NCBI GenBank assembly: GCA_002189035.1 | Contig: NEEC01000017.1 | Span: 2,542,001 to 2,606,000 of the forward strand | Origin: Utricularia gibba | Lineage: Eukaryota > Plantae > Magnoliophyta | DNA length: 64,000 nucleotides | Reading direction: 5' to 3' | Part shown: positions 49,967 through 62,911 of the stretch, in pieces | Numbering within the stretch: position 1 is the stretch's first letter | How the letters are laid out: the number at the start of each line of letters is the position of its first letter | Notes under the pieces: model-generated | What the model was told of the DNA's origin: nothing | Databases searched by the model: none | The model's input: the letters and a program-made list of their open reading frames with translations, nothing else | Made by a program: the position numbers and the translations under genes

Positions 49967-52451
49967 ATGTCAGACGCTTTGATCAACGGCCTCGCCGGTG
50001 CCGGGGGTGGGATAATTGCTCAGCTCCTTACCTACCCTCTCCAGACTGTACGTAAGATTCCTATTTTCTTTTCTCTTCCGCCTAGCCCCTTCTCTTGCTT
50101 TCTCGGCGTTGGATTTTGGATTCTGTGCTTCTTACGTCTACCCCCACTTTGCACTTCATGCTTTTGACTGCCTTTTTCTTTTATCGATTATATGCCAACT
50201 ATGCCTGCGGTATTGCGATCGCGTCTGGTTTTTTGTAGGTAAATACACGGCAACAAACCGATCGTGACCCTGGGGATGGAAGAAGAATGTTGGGACCTTG
50301 GAGCAGATGTTTCAGGTCCCGTAATTTTAGTATTTTACATGTAACTGTTTCACTCTTCCTCGTTTCCCTGGGAGAACGATGCATCATCACGTTTAGGTTA
50401 TAAAGCAAGAGGGGTGGGATCGACTGTACGGAGGATTGGCTCCATCTCTTGTCGGAACAGCTGCCTCTCAGGTAACGATATCGGTCGTGGAGAACGACAA
50501 ATATCCTGCGACCCCCATCGCCAAACGGCTAAAGTTGCCTCGTGATGGGCACCCGTTTTCTTTAATCTATCGTGGTCATTTCTTGATTTTGTGACACATC
50601 GTTTGTCTTTTAGTTGGTGAACCTCAAAAATACAATTTTGAGGGTATTATCCGGCAAGCTTATTTTTTTACTCAATGGAATCTATCTTCTTTAAGTCAGT
50701 CCATGTCTTCCAGGTTACTCTTGGTTTTAGAGTAATGGTGTTATACCGTCATAAGTATGATTGCTATATTCTTAGTTGAGTACATGCGTGGTATACAGTG
50801 GAATTTATAATTTCCCTTGAAAATTTCACTGGCTTCCCATATGTGTTCTATAACGAGTTGTCATTTGTCTTATATTATCAATTTCTATTGTACAGGGGGT
50901 TTATTATTACTTCTATCAAATATTCAGAGACAAGGCTGAAGCTGCCTCCCTAGAACGGAAGAAGAGAGGCATTGGTGATGGATCGGTTGGGGCATTGTCG
51001 TCACTTTTGGTTGCTTGTCTTGCGGGGTATTTGGAGCTTCTTTTATAGACTTCTCATCTGAATAAACTTCTTCAATCTATGTACTCTTTGTTTTACAATC
51101 TGGTCCAGTGCACCGGAACTTGATTTGCTTAGTATTTGCTCTTATTTTCTGAAAGATACTGAACTTAACGGCAAATGCTAAAAGACTATTAACTGAGGTC
51201 GATGTTTTATGATTAAACCTTATTCTGGTTGTTGATGCCAAGTAATGACTTCTGAGTCCTTTTTCTTTTTATCCTCAGGTGTGTAAATGTACTGATAACA
51301 AATCCTATTTGGGTGGTTGTTACACGCATGCAGGTAAGGCTGTCCTTCCTTGTATCTTAATTCTGAAGCAATGAGAAATAAATCAGATGTTAAACTTCTC
51401 TAAAGCAATCATTATGCAGACTCACACAAAGAAAAGCCAAACAAATCGTTCTAGGTCTTTGTCGTCTAATGTTTCTGAGCTTCCTCCAGGAACTAACCAT
51501 ACGGTAAGTTCACAAGCATGGCATATATTTGTATCTCACTTTATTTCTCATAGTCAAAGCACAAGGAACCTCCAGTTACATTTATGAAGTCTATTATGCA
51601 GATTCGGGAAGTCTATGATGAGGCAGGAATTTTCGGATTCTGGAAAGGTGTTTTCCCCACATTGATCATGGTATGGGCAACAGACAACTACTCAGCGGTT
51701 CTGGGATGTTCATTGATGATCTTATTTGCTGCCATAGGTCAGTAATCCTGCTATACAATTCATGCTTTACGAGACTCTCTTGAAGAAATTAAAGAAGCGA
51801 CACACATCAAGTAGCAAGGGGAGCAATGACGTCTCAGCGATGGAGGTGAACAGTGCTTTGATCTATAATTTTTCTGCATTTGATTCTATTTCCTTTTCCA
51901 TAGATCTCCATATCTATTATTTCTAGATATTTTTACTTGGAGCCCTAGCAAAACTTGGAGCCACAATTGTAACATACCCTCTTCTTGTTGTTAAGGTAAT
52001 GAATCTGCGTTTCAAATATTTATTGACCCTTCACATTTTTTTGGTGCCAAAGGGATAAGTAGCTTCTTTCCCACGGTAATAAGCTCTATGTTTTTTTATT
52101 TCAGTCGAGACTGCAAGCCAAACAGTCAGCGAGTACAGACAAGAGGCATCATTACAGAGGTCTGTTGAGACCTCTTCTGGAGCGTGTGTTATGTAGAATG
52201 GAATTTACTGTGCGATCATTCGCCAGGAGTGAAACTCAACCTCCACTCGGCCTCCAATCTATGCAGGCACTGTTGATGCTGTACTAAAGATGGTTAGGTA
52301 CGAAGGAGTCTATGGTTTTTACAAGGGAATGGGCACAAAAATGGTACAAAGTGTTCTCGCAGCTGCAGTTCTTTTCATGGTTAAGGAGGAACTCGTCAGG
52401 GGTAGCAGGTGGTTGTTAACTAGAGGTGCAGTGAATTCTAAGCCCGTGTGA
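49967..52451 (+). CDS. PXN: Peroxisomal NAD carrier (mitochondrial carrier family), multi-exon, with one apparent frameshift in exon 2
   Basis: MSDALINGLAGAGGGIIAQLLTYPLQT, VIKQEGWDRLYGGLAPSLVGTAASQ, VNVLITNPIWVVVTRMQ, FWKGVFPTLIMVSNPAIQFMLYE, GFYKGMGTKMVQSVLAAAVLFMVKEEL. Confidence 0.93.
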
Positions 52452-53774
52452 ATGTTTGGCGTTCATAATTCTACAGCCAGTGGATAGAGGACATGATCTG
52501 CAGTGAGCTGGTAGGTTGTGAATATGTATCATTCAGCCATCTGGAGCATATGTACTTGATAAGAAAGGAGATTTCGCGTTCTTGGACGGTGGCATGTATG
52601 TTGGGAAACGCTGCGCTGGTTGCATTTGATTGAAGACTTATGAATGCCTTTTTTTTAATAAAAAATTGCAACATGTCCCTCAGTTTTATATAATTCTCAA
52701 ATATATTTGTGCCTGTGTGCGGTGTTTAGCCTCCCCCGGATGAATTTAAATATAAATGGCGTCTATTATAATTGGTCTACACGAGCCGAGCCTGGGGGTG
52801 GCTTTCTCCAGATATTTTACCCGTTCCACAGCTTCATTCTGAGATTACTTTATTCTCTTTCGGTTGTGTAAGATCCTACCTTATACAACGGAAGGATATA
52901 AAAGCAATTACTTTATTGTTATGAATAACCTTTTTATTAATTTAAGAGTGTGCGGTTGGTTATATATCAGGTATTGGGAAGTATGGAACTTGTTGGTTTT
53001 CGATGGGTTCAGCTATATCTGTTTGTGGGTGCGCTGAAATTGATTTTGGCATGTTAGCTCTATGGTTTTCACTCTTTTCTTGCTTTTCTATGGCATGTGT
53101 TCAGTTACTATGCTTATTAGTACAATGCTCCACAATTCTGGACTGTGGATGTTTTAACTTTTTTGGAATCATCCATTCTATCACATTTGACACTTGAAAT
53201 TGCAGGTGTCTGTGATCAGCACTGCATGCTGGATTCTATCTTAGAACCGTTCGACTGTTCATGTCTAGGGTTGGTTCCATTTTCAGCCACCTGGGAAGGT
53301 CTGTGCGGTATATATATGAGAATAGTGCGATGGATGCTTCCAGCAAAGCCTTCATCCTCCAGCGGTGATCAGGATGGACATAGAGAATGATCAACCATCG
53401 TCTCCCTTTTGGGTGGAAATGCGTGTACAGACAGACATGACACACTTTTGCGCTGGGGCGCCTGGGAGCGTTTGCTGCATTTAGGCTTCATCCTTCCGTA
53501 CGGTGAACTTTGCAAATGCGCAACCTTGGTTGGGGTACCTGGTTGATATTATTGATCCAAAATGGGTTCTGATACTTCACACATGAAACCCAGCCCCATG
53601 TTGGGGTAAGGATTATGAAAACTGATGATCAACATACCAACTCGGTTTGGGGTCACTTCACTTCGGAAAAGAAGCCAGCCGTAACAACAAAGAAGCTGGA
53701 TGGGTATTGCTGCTGATGCAGAAAAGATTCCAAAAAATGAGGTACGGTATGGTGTGGGAGGAGGCCTCGGGGCA

Positions 53775-55441
53775 TCAAGCTGCAATCCCAACTGGCTCAG
53801 TGGCCTTGAGCCTGGATGATCCGTAAAGCGTCTCCTCGAATCGAATGATTTCATTCTTGGACCCGTAGGCTACTTGTGTTCTGTCATCAAGACTGTTGAT
53901 CACCTTATCCAGCACAGACTGCTTCCCATCGCTGCTGTACCCACCGGCTTTCTCGATCAAGAATCCCAGTGGCGCCACTTCAAATAGCAACCGGAGCTTA
54001 GCCTTGGCAGATGGGCTTGCCACGTTGGTAAAAACTCCCTTCTCTTTCACAATGATCTGCAACACGCAGCACTCACTCATCCTATTCCCATTCATTGGAA
54101 GGGGGCATCTGACTCACCTGATTAACGTCTGGCACCATCCCTCCGGTGTAGCGCAGGGTGTACTTCTCCCGGACGTAGTAGTCGATCAGCTGCGTCCATC
54201 TTGTAACATGTTAATTTACTAGGAACGCACTTGCGAGCAACAAAGAAAGGAAAAGCAACCTTGGCGTAGTCTGGGTTGTCCGAAGTGGCCCTCAGGTTTC
54301 CAGGTGAGAACATCTTTCCTTCTCCAATGGACGTCGTGTCCTTGACGTGTTGCCATTTTCCTGGTGGATGGGGAGAATTGGATACATAACAACGAGGAAT
54401 TCGACTCATGTGCTAAGAAACCTTCATCTAGTAGGAGGAACTCGTGTGTTCCGGGCACATCCTTGAGAGCTAGGACGTATGTAGTTCTGGGCCCAAAAAT
54501 CCCCATTGCTGCAGCAACCTGTTGTGCTCCGGTGATGCCCGTGAGTTTGCTTCCCGGCCACACCCCAAATATTGTGCCCACTGTGAAGTTGGTGTCCACT
54601 ATGCTCGAACCATCCAGTGGATCAAACGCCACACTGAACCCCCCTGCATCGTTTCCAATTCATGCAGACAGCAGCAGTAGTAGTAGTAGAAAGTAGCTTA
54701 TGAGGTGAATAAAGAGACCTTCGGGTGGTCCCTGCATGTCTTGGAGCTCAGGGACTTCCTCGGAGCAAGCGTAGTTGCAGAAATGCGAATATTGCAACGC
54801 CTACCGAGTTGATTCGCATCAAGTCAGAGAAAGAGAAAAAGAGCAAAAAAAGTGAGATGTGGGTACCTCGAAAAGAAGCTTGTTTGCGAGCAAGTCAACC
54901 GCGAGCTGCTCGTCTCCAAAGGTGTTAACGCAGGCTGTTCCACCACAGGAAGCAGTTCTTACCTTGAAGGCGATGGTGCGCAATGCTTCTCCCATGCACA
55001 TGAGCAGCCTGATGAGGCCCTTATCCGGAGTCGACTTTGTCAGGAACTCTTCCTATGAGCATCACCAGATTGATTAAATAATGGACTGCTTGTGTTTGTT
55101 TGCCAACAAGGGGATGGGAATTTACCAGACTGTCGCCAATTTCACACCTTGTGACCAAGGAAGACGATGAATTGTTGGACTTGACCTTGACAGAGTTGAG
55201 CCTTGATTTGGGCACGATACGCAGGGACTCTCCAAATATGGAGCTCGGCTTCAAATTCTGAGAAGCACACCCGATTGCACAATTTAACAAGTCCCCAAGT
55301 GCTTTGTATCCTGGGGCGAAAAACACAAGAAGAAAAAGGGACCTTGGTGGTGATGGCATAACGAGGAGCAGAAGCAGCAATGGAGTGGTTGTGCGCGGAA
55401 GGCGGCGAGATGAAGCAGGAGATACCAGCAGCAGTCTCCAT
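53775..55441 (-). CDS. SBPASE: Sedoheptulose-1,7-bisphosphatase, chloroplast, multi-exon
   Basis: METAAG transit peptide, CEIGDSLEEFL, redox motif [68 protein letters not shown]. Confidence 0.97.
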
Positions 55442-55574
55442 GGGAACAGCAGCGCAGATGAGGGATACGCAGCAGCCCCACCCTTTTGAGTGCAATACGA
55501 TGATGATCAGACTTGAGCTCACCAGGAACAAGAAGTTGAACTTGATCCAGTGTTATGGAGTCTCCAGTCGATGA

Positions 55575-55631
55575 GGATAATGCAGCTAACGATCGGAGGA
55601 CACGTGGTGCCCCCACATGGGCTGGATGATA
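55575..55631 (-). promoter_or_regulatory. G-box and GATA/I-box-like motifs upstream of SBPase
   Basis: CACGTG at 55601-55606 is flanked by GGATAA and GATAA, about 130-190 nt upstream of the ATG. This combination is typical of light-regulated Calvin-cycle genes, but short motifs can occur by chance. Confidence 0.4.
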
Positions 55632-56162
55632 ATTTCTATTTCTTTCCCGTAATCGCTTTCCTTCCGTTCATTGTTTTGTTATCCGTATGTATTTGTTTGT
55701 GGCCAACGTCGTCTCGTGGCCTGGCCTTCTTATCAATGCCTGCGAGTTGCATCGCTCCGTCGGAGCTGCAGCCCATCGATTGCCATTTGGGTTCTTGCAA
55801 CAGGCCGATAGTGGGCTCCACATCTCTCAAAAATTCAGAACAAGTGCTACACAAGTATAAAACGGCTACCCCAACACTTGTGATGTCAGCTGGGCAACAC
55901 AATAGGGAGGGGTGCAGTAGTAGTAGCAGTAGTCTCTCAAGTCTTGGATGAGAAAGAATGCATGCCAACAACTTAATCCAACTGCGGGTGGGTATTCCCC
56001 AGTTTTATTCTTGTCTAAACCGAGCTTGGCCCTTGACACGTATACATCCATCTTACAAGCAGAAGCAGAAACAACATTTGCAGCAGCAGCAACAGCAGCT
56101 CTTCTTTGATTTTAAAGATATGCAACTGCAAGGAAACCGAGTATATGCCCTTGCTACTTGTA

Positions 56163-57806
56163 TCATGTACTCAGTTGGGATCGCTTTTTTGCTTCGCTGT
56201 AGAGGATTACACCCACAACAGTGAGTAAATATCCTAGCATACCCGTCACCGAAACAGGGTTCCTGAAGATCAATATTGAGATCACCACTGCAACTGCTCC
56301 CTTTGCATTTCCAAGTACCTGTAACAGCATCACCAGCACCAACAACAAACAACAAGACGGCATCCGGATGAGAGCTGAGAGCAAGAGCCAAAGAAGACTA
56401 ATACGTTTAGCTTATAAAGGATGGTAAATGTACCTGGAGGGTGAGAGCACTGGTGTGCTTTGTCACCAGAAAATTGGTCAAATTCACAAAATAGGCCAGT
56501 GATGAATTAAATAGCAGCAGCCAAATTATCCCACTGTCGTTCCTTGATAAGGCCAATGCGACACCAACTACGTTCTTCTCCATAAACAGGGCCGCAGGAA
56601 GCAAAAGCATTACAGCCACCGGAGACATGTACATGAGCAGATTCATGGAATTTAGTTTTTCTCTAGAGACAACACAAAAGACCAATCAGTTTCAGTGTTC
56701 ATCTCTTCCCTACCGAAGCGGGTGATGAAATATACACATATACTATACCAAATTCAGTTTTACCCTTCTGCAGACAGCAAGATGCCTTGAACCACTGATT
56801 TCAAAGCCCTTGCAGCAGTTGCACCAACACACATGATGAATCCAAAGAGATGGAAGCTAGGCTCACCCTGACACCAAGACCAATAAAAAATAATCGCATC
56901 CCATAAAATTCAAGTGACTGACTGCATGGAAGCTTACACAAACTTCCGTATGCATTGCATAGCATGACTACCAGGATATTATAGATGCGAGAAAAAAATG
57001 TAGCATATTCTTATCTATACTACGGTATCTTCTATCCAAAGTCACCATAACTGACAGCATCACAGGCTAGTTTTTCCCTCTTTCCCTCTACGGTTTTCAC
57101 GAAGCAAATCACCTTATGTCACACAGAAAACAAGGTTACACCTTTTTCTCAGACTGTTAACCATCTGTCGGAATCATAGGTAAGATTATCATGTCCTAAG
57201 ACGACTGAAGGACATAATCAAACAGTCTAATCAATTCAAGCACCACGAGAACCTAGAAAACTGTAACAGATTATCATCGACCTTCAAGGAATATACTTCA
57301 AATCAAAACACAAAAAGGGTTGATATTATTCAAGCTAAAATAACAGCAGCACATACCCCACTTGCGATGATTACTCCAGTGACGACGGGTACCAAAGTGA
57401 AGTAAGTCAACCAAGCCTCCGTCTCCAGCGTCATCAAATAAGCGAAGACTGCAGTAAAGAACGGTGTAGTGGCGCCAACGGCTTGAGTAAAGCTAACAGG
57501 CAAATATTTGAGGGAAATATTTCCGCTAACAACCGAATAGCAAAAAATGGCACTAAGTCCGGAAATTTTCAGGAACTGGCTTCTAGATCGTATGGTCTGC
57601 ATGGGGACAATCTTCAACCAAACTATGGCGATGTAGCTCAGCAAGGAGCAAGCCGTCATGTGGCACATGGTCAGGAAAATGGGATACTTGAAACCGTAAT
57701 TGCTGAGTAAGAACTTGTTGAGTATCAAAACTCCAATGTTGGATGAGTACCATGATGCCACTAAACCAATGGTGAAAAGTCGGTCGGACGCTTTAGTCGT
57801 GGACAT
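56163..57806 (-). CDS. TPT-family nucleotide-sugar / sugar-phosphate transporter (UUAT-related), 4 exons
   Basis: [106 protein letters not shown]. Confidence 0.92.
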
Positions 57807-58967
57807 GGTCGAGGCAATCACAAAGAATCGATCCCAGCCAACTCCAAAGGTGCTAATTGAACACACTGAATAATAGACAGAATCGAGAGGTGGGCTGGTA
57901 AATATAAGATCCGGGCTGATCTACAAGGGCTAAAAATGGACCGCTTGTAAGAGAGAAAAAAGGGGGGATCTCACCTCACCAACATTCGTGGCGGAGCTGG
58001 GAAAATTCAATGACTCAAAAGCAATCACAAACCACAGAAAGCCCAGCAGTATGAACAAGGCAGCAGCAAATAAGGACAAACAGAAGCCCGTCGGGTGTGG
58101 TGGGCAGAGAGAAGGTCAGCTGGGCAGGGGTTCCCTCCAAAAGCAGCCTCCCTGAAAATGAATATGCTGCTGATCTAGGAAAAGAATTGTTGAGGAGGAG
58201 GCATCATCTCGAGTTTAAGTGGAGTTGTTAACTGCTAGTGCAAGAAAACACTCACTCAGTCGGCAACCGGAGGGGTGATTGCGAACGGGAACTCCTCCTC
58301 CCTCCTGTCCGTGTGAAGTAAAATGTACGGTGTCTGACTTGGGAACTCAGATCGCTGGCTGGTCACTCTCTCTTTCTGATTATTTTACAATTAGTTTCCG
58401 TTGGTAACGCTAATTTCCTTGCTTGGTAGTTACTTCATCATCATCAACCACAACCCACAATTTCCGTTACGCCATCAATGTTGGAACTGAATTCAGCTCC
58501 TACTAATAAAACCAGCAGAATTGTATAGTAGTATTTTATTACATGCTGCTGGAAGCCTGGAACCAACCACATGACTACCGAACCCTCTGTCTCTGTGCTA
58601 CGGTCGCGGGCGAGGACGAGGGCGTTTGCCGTTAGAATGAAGTTTTTCAAGGTACACAAAATCGGCGTGGATGTACACATTGAATAATGAGGGGGTAATG
58701 AAGAGAGGAGAGGAGGGGAGAGGAGAGAGTACCTTCTTTTAATTTATGGGAGGTGGGAAGAAAAAAAGCCAAAGGCTGTGGTGGACGGACGGGCCCCAAT
58801 TTGGAACGCAGCCACTAAACTGCGCCCACGCTGGATCAAGTAGATTAGGGTGGGCGCTACTTGCAGTTGGGACCATTGAAATTCAACCTGAACCCAATAT
58901 CTGCTTTATTTTGGCAACACCAGACTGAAAGATGAATCATGACCAAGTTGCCTACAATGTATGACAA

Positions 58968-60729
58968 TCAACAAGATTCATGGTCTTCCTCATTCTCACA
59001 TCCACAATCATCCTCATCAATGTCACTCACACTGGCCTGCAAGCTTTCAAGCTGGGCTGTCGCTGACTGTGCAAAAGCAACCAGAGCATCTCTTGCCAAT
59101 TTAACTGGCTGAGTTTCAACATCGTCTGTCGCTTTACCCCTCTTGCTCTCAAGCTTCCTACTCCTCATCCACACCGCTTGTCGCTTGGCATTCCTACGAA
59201 GCAGTTCATCTATGTACCTGTAATGCAAAGCCTTGTTCTTTATTGGCTTCAAAACAGGGGGACTATCAATAGCACCGCCAGCTTCCTGAATCTCCACCTC
59301 GACCTGCTGCTTTCTATGGGCTGATGATGCCTCGCTGCACTCATGAACAAGGCTACAAGACTTTTGAGATTTTAATGGTGAAAAAAATGCACCAATTTGG
59401 AAATCTAGAAAAACTGGATCAGTTAACGGCTCCAGGGCAGCGAAGTAATCGCCTTCATGACCTTTGTTTTCATCCTTTTGCTTTTCCAAAAGACGTCTAA
59501 CTCTCCTCTGCACTTGAATCCTATTTATTCTGCGAGGCTTGAGCTTCATACCACCTTTATTTGCAGGAATGAGTAGCAACTTACTTGCAGAGAACGAGGG
59601 GGTGATACTGGCTTCTTCCTTATTCCCCTAGAACGTGGTGCCCGTGCTGTTTTCCTCGGAAGATCCGCATATGTTTTGTCAAAGCATTCCTGTGCTGATT
59701 TCCCAGACACCTGCATCAATCAAGGTTCTGAGATGCACAAGAGAAAAGCAGCGGTATCTTATGAATATACAAGTTGAGACATGATAAACACAGGAAAGAG
59801 GGCGCAGTAGCAGTGGGTAGGCTGCATTATACCAAAAGGATACACTCTCTCGGTTGAACGATTTTCCAGTTGAATCCGAGCGCAATAAGGCTAATCTTGC
59901 GTACGCATCCACATTTACAAGCAAATCTGAATTATCTGGCAAACCAAGAAACTAGCAGGATGTACATATTTACCATCATTGCCACTTCCTTCCAGAAATT
60001 GGGCGTTGGCTTTACGGAAAAAAAAGCTCTACTCAGCGCCAATTCTTGTTCATGCGTCCAACCCTGAAGTAACTGAATCTTTTCATTGACTTGATCACAA
60101 TCCATCTCTTCTATCTCATTATTCTCGGACTCCTTGACAGGTTTTTTATGATGGAATCTGGGTGATTCACGGAGATGAGAACAAGGTTTCTTCACAACTT
60201 CAAGGACCCCCTCACCGTGGTTGAGTATGGGTGATCTTCTGAGCGGATTACTTGTTTTCTTCTCGGATTCTGTGTGAAGGAATCTTGGTGATTTAGGGAG
60301 AAGAGTGTTTGGTTTCTTCACATCACCTACGACACTCTCTCCGTGGCTGAATCTGGGTGATCGTCGGAGCAGACTCCTAGATGTCTCCTCGGACTCTGTG
60401 AGAGTCTGTGCAGGATGAAATCTCGGTGATTTACGGAGATGAGTCTTTGCAGTGTTGACGACCCCCTCCCCGTGGCTGAATCTGGGTGATCGTCGGAGCA
60501 GACTCCTAGATGTCTCCTCGGACTCTGTGAGAGTCTGTGCAGGATGGAATCTCGGTGATTTACGGAGATGAGTCTTTGCAGTGTTGACGACCCCCTCTCC
60601 GTGGCTGAATCTGGAGGTTTTTTCATCGACACCCCGGCGGTGGGTCGTATGCCGCATTTTGTCGAGGGGGAGAGCAGGAGCAGCAGGGAATTGTAATTCT
60701 AGAACCAGGAAGGGCAAGTGAAAGTCCAT
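58968..60729 (-). CDS. Myb/SANT-like (homeodomain-like) protein with an SP-rich repeat N-terminus; intron 59711-59967; apparent frameshift or extra intron near 59600
   Basis: GWTHEQELALSRAFFSVKPTPNFWKEVAMM|VSGKSAQECFD is a SANT-like unit. The C-terminal part has VRRLLEKQ and LKPIKNKALHYRYIDELLRR. Confidence 0.7.
60341..60614 (-). repeat. Coding tandem repeat, 129-bp (43-aa) unit, about 2.1 near-identical copies
   Basis: CCGTGGCTGAATCTGG recurs at 60341, 60470 and 60599. The unit is RRSPRFSHGEGVVNTAKTHLRKSPRFHPAQTLTESEETSRSLL. Confidence 0.95.
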
Positions 60730-61566
60730 CTAAGTTCAAAATTCAAAAGGAAGACCCCGTGGCCGTTGATTGGAGGCCATCGCACCCCCGCCGTTGGATC
60801 CAGATGACGGAACCCCCAGTGTAGAGAAGCATAGCCCAAATACACTATACCAAGGGTGCACTGCCACAATCCCCTAATGTCATACTTTAGCAAGAGCATA
60901 TGCTGCTGTTACCATAAGCAACCGCATCAGGTGAGGAGGGACAAGCACTCGGTTTCTGCAATTATGTGCATAAAAATGGCAAACTCAAGCCCTCTTGTTC
61001 CAGGTTCATGAGCTGATCTTGGTAGCAGCATATGCACGCACAAATCTGGCCGTACCAATCCCCTCAATCTGCATTGCATTCCCTTCCTACCGCCCAGCAA
61101 CTTGTAGCTCATTGAGTCTCATCCAGTGCCGCACAACAAGGCCGAGGGATTAAAAAACTAGCCATCACAACCAGCAACATGTATGCATCCATATTTCACA
61201 CACAGCATCTCCACTTAAATGCCTTCATGTAGCAGATTCTTCTTCAATGGGGCTGGGAGTATATTCTTAGTCGATCTCCATGCAAAGATCAGAATCTTGG
61301 GGGCTACCAAAACGTAAGTTTAAGAGAGAGCCTGCCTGCCTGCCCTCCCTCCTATTTCGTGTTTGAGTTTGCAGAATAATACCAAATCACAAAATTTCAC
61401 TACTTATCATCAAGGGTTGCTTGCTTTAACATCACTTCCACTCGAGGCACAAACCCACGACCGGATCAACGGTTTATTCCACTCCTTGGCAGCCGTGGCT
61501 CCGACCAAGTATTAATTAATAGACTTGCCATCTCCCATTCTCACCAAACCCCTGCCACAACACTAA

Positions 61567-61890
61567 GGGGCTGTTTGGTAGGGGTGGTTAGACTAGTTTT
61601 ATCAGGTTTGGTTTAATATTACCCTTGTTTGATAGAAGTGATTAGTTTAACACCAGGTTTAAATTAAACATCAATTATCCTGGTTTTATGGGTTTAAATT
61701 CAACCCACCCCCCTCATGGGTTTAAAATAAACAGGATGTTTATTACTAAATAATTCACATTATGAAATCAGATTTTAAATAAACACTACTATCAAACTTG
61801 TTTCAATTTAAATAGGGATAATTTTAAACACAGTTCTAAACCTTAATAATTCTAAACTCTATTATTTTAAATCTGCTACGAGACATGCCC
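61567..61890. mobile_element. Tourist-like (PIF/Harbinger) MITE, 324 bp
   Basis: TAA target-site duplication at 61564-61566 and 61891-61893. Termini GGGGCTGTTTGGTAG and CTACGAGACATGCCC are inverted repeats at 11 of 15 positions. AT-rich non-coding interior. Confidence 0.8.
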
Positions 61891-62911
61891 TAAGTCGATA
61901 AGATGCTTCCCCAAATAAACAAAGGTCGATGACCAAGATTTGCCTCGCCTCCCAAAAGACAATAATAACATTTTGCCTTCATCAATTGATTAACAAACGC
62001 ATTTGGTTTTTTAATAAACCTCCGGCCACGTTTTGCTGGTAAAGTGAGGTTAAAGTGTGTTGGATTTCAAAATCCAACAACTACTTGACTAGCAGGAACA
62101 CAAATGTCCATCTATGATATCCAACAGAGTTTTCCACCAAACCTTTGCTAGTAAGCTCTCGACTTCGTTAATCAACGTGACTGGCAAAAGAAACACAAGA
62201 CATCCCGACACCCGAGGCCGAGGGGGGAGAGGCGGTTTCTACTTTGGATTGTAAGAAGGGAATGGAAGAAAAAGAATCATGTATGAGAGTGGTGGTGGCA
62301 GCAGAGCAGCAGCAGGCTTTTATGAAGCATGAATGATAACAAAAAGAGAGGGTTGTTGGGAAATAGTTGTTTCCGCTCCAGAGAGACAACACCAACAAAG
62401 TCAGTCGATGTATACATATTGGGTGTTTAAAAAAGAGAGCAGAGCGCGGAAAATCAAAACCAAGTCGCCCAACAATCACTACAAGACAGCAGCAGCTGGC
62501 AGGCAAGGGCCCGGAAGTTGTCGACCAAACAGAAAGCTAGGAACGGGAAATGATGGAGACATAGCCAGCCAGGGGAGGCATTTGGACATTTACATTCTCA
62601 ACTGTGACTTGTTCAGCCAATTTCCAATCTTCTTTTCCTTTCTTTCCTTCTGAGGCCGGCGAGCTCTGATCTTTTAACAGTTTATGCAAGTAAGTGGAGC
62701 CCCGGGCATGCCGTGGGATCCTGATTTAAACAGAATAAAAATAACTTGTCAAATGGGTGTGCCATTATTAGTTTTGAACCTGCTCGGTCCGTTCACACTC
62801 CATTTTCTTCATCCCCATACGCACTTCGCCGTGTCGACTTCTGATAATCCCATTTGACTCTCAACTCAAGGGCCTGTCTCCCAGTCCCAGCAGAGAAGAT
62901 CTGTAGTGGCC

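Noticed and set aside
52824-52843. TTCCACAGCTT, matching the 5' half of miR396
   Set aside because: Only 11 nt match, and there is no complementary star arm nearby.
18730-57806. Possible functional cluster of Golgi/cell-wall genes (UXT, PRA1.B, CalS, GMT1, FAS1, TPT-family transporter)
   Set aside because: These genes are interspersed with unrelated housekeeping genes and do not form one pathway. Inherited synteny explains the neighbourhood.
59834-59845. GTATCCTTTTGG on the minus strand, resembling a U12 donor
   Set aside because: It is internal to the intron that joins EVAMM to VSGKSAQEC; no upstream exon ends there.
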